10,970 bases of DNA, taken from Candidatus Nanopusillus sp. (lineage in GTDB: Archaea > Nanobdellota > Nanobdellia > Nanobdellales > Nanobdellaceae). Where the stretch lies: the NCBI GenBank assembly GCA_036845085.1, contig DAIUEN010000019.1, forward strand, positions 1-10,970. The letters are read 5' to 3'. The position numbers and the translations under genes were made by a program. Under the pieces are notes generated by a model, which was given only the letters and a program-made list of their open reading frames with translations, did not search any database and was not told the DNA's origin. Below, piece after piece: positions 1 to 5,294 of the stretch; positions within the stretch are counted from its first letter, which is position 1; each line of letters begins with the position of its first letter.

Positions 1-234
1 GTTTAGATCATCAGATATTTTTTCTTTATCTATTTCTAGTATATTATAAGCTTTTGGATTATATTTAACGATCAAAAAATTCTTATATATTATATCACCA
101 TCATCGCTATATAATCTTTTTCTGTTCAATAGATATTTAACTAAAGAATATTGTCCAATATTTGTTGATTTTTTGCTAAAATTACGTATTGTAATATAAT
201 CTATATATTTTGTAGCTATTTTTTCTAATATCAT
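1..234 (-). CDS. Partial CDS, N-terminal 78 codons (runs off the left edge). Hypothetical, with weak resemblance to the N-terminal SAM-like/core-binding domain of tyrosine recombinases (XerA/integrase).
   Basis: Absent from the supplied ORF track because it is edge-truncated. Reading the reverse complement from ATG (complement of 232-234) is open for all 78 codons to position 1: MILEKIATKYIDYITIRNFSKKSTNIGQYSLVKYLLNRKRLYSDDGDIIYKNFLIVKYNPKAYNILEIDKEKISDDLN. The spacing YIDYI..NFS..ST...Y...VKYL resembles integrase N-terminal domains. The functional call is pattern-level only. Confidence 0.45.
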   Translation of the reverse strand, partial: MILEKIATKYIDYITIRNFSKKSTNIGQYSLVKYLLNRKRLYSDDGDIIYKNFLIVKYNPKAYNILEIDKEKISDDLN

Positions 235-263
235 ATAAATATTTATTTATAATAAAATCTTAT

Positions 264-335
264 GAGCCCGTAGTCTAGTGGTATGATGCCGCCCCCACTA
301 GGCGGAGGTCCGGGGTTCGAATCCCCGCGGGCTCA
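264..335 (+). tRNA. tRNA, 72 nt, no encoded CCA. Reads as tRNA-Val(CAC) if the 7-nt loop is taken canonically, but the anticodon loop is atypical.
   Basis: Hand-folded cloverleaf. Acceptor GAGCCCG(264-270)/CGGGCTC(328-334), discriminator A335. Anticodon stem CCGCC(289-293)/GGCGG(301-305), loop CCCACTA(294-300), anticodon CAC 296-298. Variable AGGTC. T arm CGGGG(311-315)-TTCGAAT-CCCCG(323-327). 48/72 G+C by my count in an AT-rich flank. Confidence 0.9.
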
Positions 336-339
336 TCCA

Positions 340-347
340 TTATAAAA
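340..347 (+). promoter_or_regulatory. TATA-box-like element TTATAAAA upstream of uppP
   Basis: Begins 27 nt before ATG 367 and 5 nt after the tRNA 3' end. Other genes in the window show the same 27-29 nt spacing. No purine-rich SD lies in between. Confidence 0.4.
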
Positions 348-363
348 CTTATTAAATATATTA

Positions 364-1182
364 TTGATGATGGATTATATCAATTATATAATTCTTGGAA
401 TAGTTCAAGGCATATCTGAATGGCTTCCTATCAGTAGTAAAACGCAAATTATGATTCTTTCAAATATCCTTCTAAATCTAGATCCTAGTTTTTCTTATAT
501 TTTGGGTTTATCATTAGAATTCGGATCATTTTTCGCAGTATTAATATATTTAAAGAGAGATTTACTAGAGATAATAAAAAATAAAGAATTGACATCCTTT
601 TTTTTGATAGCTACATTATTTACTGCATTAATTGGGATTCCATTATATAAATTATCCAAATACTTTTTGACCAGTTATAAAATAAATTCTGAAATATTAA
701 TGTCTATACTTGGTATAGCATTAATTATAAACGGTATGTACATATATATAAGTAAAAAATTTTTGATAGAAAATAAAGATAAAATTCCGAATATAAAAGA
801 CGCATTTATTGTTGGAAGTATTCAAGCTTTATCAGTATTACCGGGAGTTAGTAGATCTGGAGTTACAATCACAACAATGCTTTTTTTAGGATATAAACCG
901 GAAACCGCATTTAAATATTCTTATATATTAGGGGCAATAGCAATGCTTGGATCTTTTGTATTAGTATTATTAGACTTATTATTTACCAAAGAAGTCTATA
1001 ATATAAATGAAAAAGTAAATTTTTATGGAATAATTATTTCTTTTAGTACTTCAATACTTATTAGTATAATAACAATAGATTATATCTTAAAATTTGCTAG
1101 AAAGGCAAAAGTATATCTAATAAACTTTATTTTAGGAATAATAATTATAATTTATTCATTTGTTTTATTGAAATATTTCTAA
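364..1182 (+). CDS. uppP: Undecaprenyl/polyprenyl-diphosphatase (UppP/BacA family) integral membrane protein
   Basis: Both BacA family motifs are present: QGISEWLPISS (the (E/Q)xxxE...PxSS motif) near the N-terminus, and LPGVSRSGVTITT (PGxSRSxxT) in the second half. The rest is highly hydrophobic and multi-pass. The track starts at TTG 364, but ATG 367 or 370 is the more likely true start. Confidence 0.9.
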   Translation: MMMDYINYIILGIVQGISEWLPISSKTQIMILSNILLNLDPSFSYILGLSLEFGSFFAVLIYLKRDLLEIIKNKELTSFFLIATLFTALIGIPLYKLSKYFLTSYKINSEILMSILGIALIINGMYIYISKKFLIENKDKIPNIKDAFIVGSIQALSVLPGVSRSGVTITTMLFLGYKPETAFKYSYILGAIAMLGSFVLVLLDLLFTKEVYNINEKVNFYGIIISFSTSILISIITIDYILKFARKAKVYLINFILGIIIIIYSFVLLKYF

Positions 1183-1234
1183 AAGGATCATTATATATAT
1201 TAAAACTTATATATTTTATTAAAAATTAAATATT

Positions 1235-2701
1235 ATGTTCAGAAGAAAAATCATTATAAGTTTTATAGCTATAGTTCTCAGTTTAAGTTATACAATATAT
1301 TCAAGCGGACCATTAGTAAGCATACCGGTAGCAGAAAATAATTATGTAAATTTATCAGATCCTGACAGCATGGCAATATATAATTTTTATATATATAATC
1401 CCACAACAGAAAATTATTCATTACAAATTTCAATATTGTCTCCTAGTTGGATAGCTTATATAAATAATTATAGCCATCTTAATCTTTATTATGATACAAT
1501 TGCTCCTGGAGGTACAAAAGAATTTAAAGTATATTTAAGACCAGTTTCTAAAACATTGAAAATACCAGAATTATTAATTGTATTAAAAAATAAAGAAACA
1601 TATAAGTATGTTTTGAGTTTTAATCCATTAGTATATCAACAAACCTCTTATAATGAAACGATCATTCAAAACATTTCTTCTGTTGTAGAAAACATCACAT
1701 TTCCATTATTATATTCCTTCTATTTATCAGAGTACAAAATATATCCTGGAGAAATTCTATATATATTTTTACTGGTAAATAATCCAAACAATGTTTCAAA
1801 AGAATTATATATTAATATATCTACAGACTTTGGTTATTCTGAAACATATTTCCAAGATATACCCCCATTGACAAATTTAAATATTCAAATACCAATACCA
1901 ATATCGATTAATACTAAAGAAGGAACTTATTATTTAAATTTAACTATAAATAATGTCACATACAATGAAAAAATAGAAGTATTATCTTATTTAAATAATA
2001 TAAAGATATTAGAAAATAAAACATCATACTTCTTGGGAATTTTATCAAAGATGAACATTAAAATAATAAACGAAAATGAATTTGCAGTTCTATATAATAT
2101 TTCTGTCAAAGTAGGTCCTACAACATTATTTACAATATTCAATATACGTCCAAATAATATAATATATAGAGATGGCAATTATTATGCAATTTATGAATTA
2201 AATTTGATACCTAAAGAAACATATATATTAAAAGCAGACTTTAATTATTTATTATTTATTAGTTTGTTAGTATTGATTATATTGGCGGTATATATATTTG
2301 TATTTTATGTTTTAATACCAAATGTTGAAGTATCTAAAGAAATTATTAGAGTAGATTTAAAGGAAAACAAAGTATCAATATCTATAAAAGTTAAAAACAA
2401 AAGTTTATTTGATATAAAAGATATAAAAATCACAGATTATGTACCTAAACCCATGAAAGTTGAAAATTATCTAATTGTAGAACCATCCTCAATATATAAA
2501 TCTCCAGATAAATATATATTAAACTGGAAATATGACAAATTGGGTCGTGGTGAAGAAATTGTAATATCTTATGAATTAAATATAGAAAAATTAGAATTAG
2601 ATAAACCTATAGAAATTCCTAGGGCTTCTATAACATATAAATATCTATACAAAACAGAGACTAAATATACATCGGCAAATATTATTAAAGTTGTTAAATA
2701 G
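1235..2701 (+). CDS. Hypothetical membrane/surface protein. It has an N-terminal signal or anchor, a sequon-rich beta-sandwich-like ectodomain, an internal TM helix and a C-terminal DUF11/CARDB-like domain.
   Basis: 488-aa ORF. The N-terminus MFRRKIIISFIAIVLSLSYTIYSS looks like a signal peptide or anchor. By my count there are 12 N-x-S/T sequons between aa ~35 and 335. A TM helix LLFISLLVLIILAVYIFVFYVLI spans aa 339-361 (nt 2249-2317). The C-terminal ~125 aa show an alternating-strand pattern (VSISIKVKNKS..IKITDYVP...W....LG.GEEIVISYEL) typical of DUF11/CARDB-type Ig-like domains. I recognise no enzyme motif. Confidence 0.85.
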   Translation: MFRRKIIISFIAIVLSLSYTIYSSGPLVSIPVAENNYVNLSDPDSMAIYNFYIYNPTTENYSLQISILSPSWIAYINNYSHLNLYYDTIAPGGTKEFKVYLRPVSKTLKIPELLIVLKNKETYKYVLSFNPLVYQQTSYNETIIQNISSVVENITFPLLYSFYLSEYKIYPGEILYIFLLVNNPNNVSKELYINISTDFGYSETYFQDIPPLTNLNIQIPIPISINTKEGTYYLNLTINNVTYNEKIEVLSYLNNIKILENKTSYFLGILSKMNIKIINENEFAVLYNISVKVGPTTLFTIFNIRPNNIIYRDGNYYAIYELNLIPKETYILKADFNYLLFISLLVLIILAVYIFVFYVLIPNVEVSKEIIRVDLKENKVSISIKVKNKSLFDIKDIKITDYVPKPMKVENYLIVEPSSIYKSPDKYILNWKYDKLGRGEEIVISYELNIEKLELDKPIEIPRASITYKYLYKTETKYTSANIIKVVK

Positions 2702-2709
2702 ATCTTAAA

Positions 2710-2719
2710 TTTTTTAATA
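2710..2719 (+). promoter_or_regulatory. Oligo-T plus TATA-like element TTTTTTAATA. Probable terminator of the upstream CDS and promoter of tRNA-Tyr.
   Basis: A T6 run begins 9 nt after the TAG stop (2699-2701). TTTTAATA starts 33 nt before the tRNA 5' end, consistent with a short leader removed by RNase P. Confidence 0.4.
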
Positions 2720-2744
2720 GTAGCGCCAATATTATAATATTATT

Positions 2745-2830
2745 CCGGGCGTAGCTCAGCCTGGTAGAGCGGCCGGCTGTAGTGGGCCGCAGAGACCGGC
2801 AGGTCGTGGGTTCAAATCCCACCGCCCGGA
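2745..2830 (+). tRNA. tRNA-Tyr(GUA) with a 12-nt intron at the canonical 37/38 position. No encoded CCA.
   Basis: Acceptor CCGGGCG(2745-2751)/CGCCCGG(2823-2829), all G-C, with the archaeal/eukaryal Tyr identity pair C1-G72. Discriminator A2830. D arm GCTC(2754-2757)/GAGC(2767-2770). Anticodon stem GCCGG(2772-2776)/CCGGC(2796-2800). T arm GTGGG(2806-2810)-TTCAAAT-CCCAC(2818-2822). Nineteen nt lie between the anticodon-stem halves, which equals a 7-nt loop CTGTAG..A plus the intron. 60/86 G+C by my count. Confidence 0.93.
2783..2794 (+). other. tRNA intron (TGGGCCGCAGAG) within tRNA-Tyr, bulge-helix-bulge/loop type
   Basis: A central 4-bp helix CTGT(2777-2780)/GCAG(2789-2792) is flanked by 3-nt bulges AGT(2781-2783) and AGA(2793-2795). 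Cutting after the second bulge nucleotide on each side yields the mature loop CUGUAGA. Confidence 0.75.
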
Positions 2831-2831
2831 C

Positions 2832-2840
2832 TTTTAAATA
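2832..2840 (+). promoter_or_regulatory. Oligo-T/TATA element TTTTAAATA upstream of the ACD-beta gene
   Basis: Begins 2 nt after the tRNA-Tyr 3' end. The octamer TTTAAATA starts 28 nt before ATG 2861. No SD is present. Confidence 0.5.
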
Positions 2841-2860
2841 TAAAAACTTTTTATTATATT

Positions 2861-3442
2861 ATGTTGAAAGAAGGCTTTCAATTATTATCAAAATATAATA
2901 TAAAAGTTCCAAAATATTGGGTAAATGAAATGCCAATACATCTAAAATTTCCAGTAGTTATTAAAGCAGATATAAACCATAAAACTGAAAAAAATGCAGT
3001 TAAACTGAACATAAATAGTTTTTTAGAATTGTCTAAAGAATATAAAAAATTTAAAGAAACATTTCCAGGTACTGATATAATAATTCAAGAACAGATAACT
3101 GGAAAATATCAGGAACTAATTTTAGGTGTTAAAAAAGATAAATTATTTGGGTATCTAGTACTAATAGGAATAGGGGGAATTTACACAGAGTTGCTGAGAG
3201 ATTTCATAATATTAATGCCTGAATATTCTAAAGAAACAATGATAGATAGATTAAAAAGTTTGAAGCTCCATAAGCTTCTGTTTGGATATAGAAATCTCCC
3301 GCCAATTAATTTTAGTATACTGTATGAATATTCAATTAATTTATATAGACTAGCTATTGAGAATAATCTAAATGAAATAGAAATAAATCCTCTATTAATA
3401 AATGATGATGAAGCATATGCTGTCGATGTAAGATTTTTTTGA
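2861..3442 (+). CDS. acdB: ATP-grasp domain protein, beta subunit of ADP-forming acetyl/acyl-CoA synthetase (ACD)
   Basis: 193-aa ORF with the ACD-beta/ATP-grasp_5 pattern: EGFQLLSKYNIKVP, FPVVIKADINHKTEKNAVKLNI, IIIQEQI, IGIGGIYTELLRDF, LLFGYRNLPP, EIEINPLLIN..EAYAVDVRF. Recognised from memory of Pyrococcus-type AcdB. It is shorter than typical (~230 aa). Confidence 0.75.
   Translation: MLKEGFQLLSKYNIKVPKYWVNEMPIHLKFPVVIKADINHKTEKNAVKLNINSFLELSKEYKKFKETFPGTDIIIQEQITGKYQELILGVKKDKLFGYLVLIGIGGIYTELLRDFIILMPEYSKETMIDRLKSLKLHKLLFGYRNLPPINFSILYEYSINLYRLAIENNLNEIEINPLLINDDEAYAVDVRFF
3434..3440 (+). terminator. T7 run overlapping the acdB stop codon. Candidate archaeal oligo-T terminator.
   Basis: TTTTTTT(3434-3440) is followed by GA, completing the TGA stop. 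A weak hairpin AGATT(3446-3450)-caa-AATCT(3454-3458) follows. Archaeal RNAP terminates at oligo-T tracts. Confidence 0.3.
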
Positions 3443-3579
3443 AACAGATTCAAAATCTAATAACACCAGTTAATTGTTCTTGCTTTATATAGTTATTTCT
3501 TAAGAATATTATGTCACTAATTATTAGAAGTTACATATATTTTAGATGTTTATATACTAAAAAAATAAAATTATATAGT

Positions 3580-5232
3580 ATGGAAAGCAATATTATTAAC
3601 ATACTCATTGGTGGGCAGGCAGGACAAGGTATAGATTTTGCAGCAGATATTATATCAAGGGTCTTTTCTAAGATAAGATATTACGTTTTTAATTATAGAT
3701 ATTACCAAAGTGTAATCAGAGGAGGGCATAATTATAACATAGTTACTATATCCAAAGACAAAATTCATTCTTTTTACGAATCCGATATAGATTATTTCAT
3801 AGTATTTGATAATAATTCTATAAATATTCATAAAACTAATATAGATGAAAAAACAGTACTTTTTGGAGATGAAAAAATACCATATAAAGATAAAATTAAT
3901 GTAAATGTAGAATATTTTTTGAAAAAGTTAAATTTACCTAATAAATACGCCAATACTGTTGTTTTATCAGCTTTTTTTAAGTATATAGGAATTGATAAAA
4001 ATATCGTAATTTCTTCATTCAGTGAAAAATCCAAAGACGAAAACAATAATAAGATAGTAGATATAGTTTATTCAGAATTTAATATTTCATCTGAAAGAAA
4101 AATTTTACCTCTGGGAAAAAAAGCTAGATATTATTTATCTGGTGCAGAAGCAATAGCATATGGAGCCATATTAGCTGGATTAGATATTTATATAGCTTAC
4201 CCCATGACCCCAGCCAGTCCGATACTACATGTTCTTGCTAGTTTAAAAGATAAATACAATATAGTAACTTACCAACCAGATAACGAAATAGGTGTAATCA
4301 ATATAGCTTTAGGTTCTTCATATGCTGGAGGTAAAGTTATGGTAGGTTCTTCAGGAGGTGGGATAGATTTAATGGCAGAAGCAATTAGTATGGCTGGTAT
4401 GGCTGAATTGCCCATAGTTATAGCCTGGTTACAAAGATATGGTCCATCTACAGGCATGGCAACACACTTTGATCAGAGTGATTTATTAGAAGCACTTTAT
4501 ATAGGACATGGGGAATTTCCAAGAATTGTTGTTTCACCTGGAGATCATATAGATGCTATGAGAAGAACTATAGAAGCTTTCTACTTATCTTATAAATATA
4601 ATACTCCATCTATAATTCTTTCAGATCTATTTTTAGTAGAATCTAAAGCAAATTATGATCACGTTGTATTACCTAATATAGACTATAAAAATAGATTTAT
4701 AGATTTAGAACCACCTAAAGATTATAAAAATTATAAAATAACGGAAGAAGGATTTATATTAAGATCGATTCCTGGGTTAGATGTAGTTGTAAAAGCAAAT
4801 TCTTATGAACACGATGAATATGGATTTGAAACTGAAAATCCAGAAATAGGACAAAGAATGAGTGAAAAAAGATTAAATAAAAGTAAATACATATATAAAG
4901 AAATAATTAATTTTGATCCATACGAAATATACGGCGATGGAAATAAAATTATAGTATCGTGGGGATCAAATAAAATGCCGATATTAGAAGCTTTAAAATA
5001 TTTAAATGATTGGAAATATCTACATATATCTTATTTATCTCCATTTCCATCTAAGATTAAAGGAATTTTGGAAGATCATAAAAAAGTAGTACTGGTGGAG
5101 CATAATTTGACAGGACAGTTAGGAAAGTTGATAGAACAAGAAACAGGATTTTATATAGAAGATAGAATATTAAAACACAATGGAGAACCTTTCAAAGTAG
5201 AGGAATTGGTAGATAAAATTAAAAAAATATAA
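3580..5232 (+). CDS. 2-oxoacid:ferredoxin oxidoreductase, alpha subunit (fused gamma-alpha, two-subunit Sulfolobus type)
   Basis: The N-terminal gamma-domain motif ILIGGQAGQGIDFAADII..YRYYQSVIRGGHNY is followed by alpha-domain motifs YPMTPASPILH, GPSTGMATHFDQSDL and GHGEFPRIVVSPGDH, close to the Sulfolobus tokodaii OFOR-alpha as I remember it. The track ORF starts at ATG 3511. I prefer ATG 3580 (MESNIINILIGG) because homologues begin a few residues before the GGxxGxG motif. The alternative start remains possible. Confidence 0.88.
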   Translation: MESNIINILIGGQAGQGIDFAADIISRVFSKIRYYVFNYRYYQSVIRGGHNYNIVTISKDKIHSFYESDIDYFIVFDNNSINIHKTNIDEKTVLFGDEKIPYKDKINVNVEYFLKKLNLPNKYANTVVLSAFFKYIGIDKNIVISSFSEKSKDENNNKIVDIVYSEFNISSERKILPLGKKARYYLSGAEAIAYGAILAGLDIYIAYPMTPASPILHVLASLKDKYNIVTYQPDNEIGVINIALGSSYAGGKVMVGSSGGGIDLMAEAISMAGMAELPIVIAWLQRYGPSTGMATHFDQSDLLEALYIGHGEFPRIVVSPGDHIDAMRRTIEAFYLSYKYNTPSIILSDLFLVESKANYDHVVLPNIDYKNRFIDLEPPKDYKNYKITEEGFILRSIPGLDVVVKANSYEHDEYGFETENPEIGQRMSEKRLNKSKYIYKEIINFDPYEIYGDGNKIIVSWGSNKMPILEALKYLNDWKYLHISYLSPFPSKIKGILEDHKKVVLVEHNLTGQLGKLIEQETGFYIEDRILKHNGEPFKVEELVDKIKKI

Positions 5233-5240
5233 CTCTTATT

Positions 5241-5266
5241 ATTAAATAGTAGATATACTATTTAAT
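5241..5266. repeat. Perfect inverted repeat ATTAAATAGTA-gata-TACTATTTAAT (11-bp arms, 4-nt spacer) in the OFOR alpha-beta intergenic region
   Basis: Left arm 5241-5251 is the exact reverse complement of right arm 5256-5266. It lies 9 nt after the alpha stop, and its right end overlaps a TATA-like TTTATATT (5266-5273) 29 nt before ATG 5295. Confidence 0.8.
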
Positions 5267-5294
5267 TTATATTTTTTAAAGTTTATATTTTCTT

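Noticed and set aside
364-419. UUGAUGA at 364-370 plus CUGA at 416-419, spaced like a C/D-box sRNA
   Set aside because: The first base is not a purine, there are no internal C'/D' boxes, and there is no kink-turn-closing stem. The TGATGA is explained by the tandem start codons of uppP.
1987-2178. 63-aa minus-strand ORF from the track
   Set aside because: It is fully nested antisense inside the well-supported 488-aa CDS. Its F/I/L-rich composition is what an AT-rich antisense frame produces. It has no promoter spacing or motif support.
2728-2741. 14-bp perfect palindrome AATATTATAATATT just upstream of tRNA-Tyr
   Set aside because: It is pure A/T low-complexity sequence in a ~25% G+C genome, where such palindromes arise readily by chance. 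It probably just forms part of the AT-rich initiation region.
264-2830. The idea that the two tRNA genes bracket an integrated element carrying uppP and the surface protein
   Set aside because: I could find no direct repeat of either tRNA's sequence. The composition is the same as the rest of the window, the cargo looks like envelope housekeeping, and no integrase lies inside the interval.
3402-3411. Tandem AUGAUGA (C-box-like) sequence suggesting a C/D-box sRNA near the acdB 3' end
   Set aside because: No CUGA D box lies within the following ~70 nt, and there is no C'/D' pair or terminal stem. The sequence simply encodes N-D-D-E of the ATP-grasp protein.
3181-3453. 90-aa minus-strand ORF from the track
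   Set aside because: It lies antisense to the ATP-grasp CDS, whose frame carries recognisable family motifs. Its low-complexity S/F/I/L composition points to a spurious ORF.
3511-3579. 23-codon N-terminal extension of OFOR-alpha (the track start)
   Set aside because: MSLIIRSYIYFRCLYTKKIKLYS has no counterpart in homologues, which begin a few residues before the GGxxGxG motif. I kept it as an open alternative because the TATA spacing to ATG 3511 is good (see finding).
3828-4046. 72-aa minus-strand ORF from the track
   Set aside because: It lies antisense within OFOR-alpha and has no independent evidence.
4269-4457. 62-aa minus-strand ORF from the track
   Set aside because: It lies antisense to the most conserved part of OFOR-alpha (the GPSTG region). 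It is open only because that stretch is locally richer in G+C.
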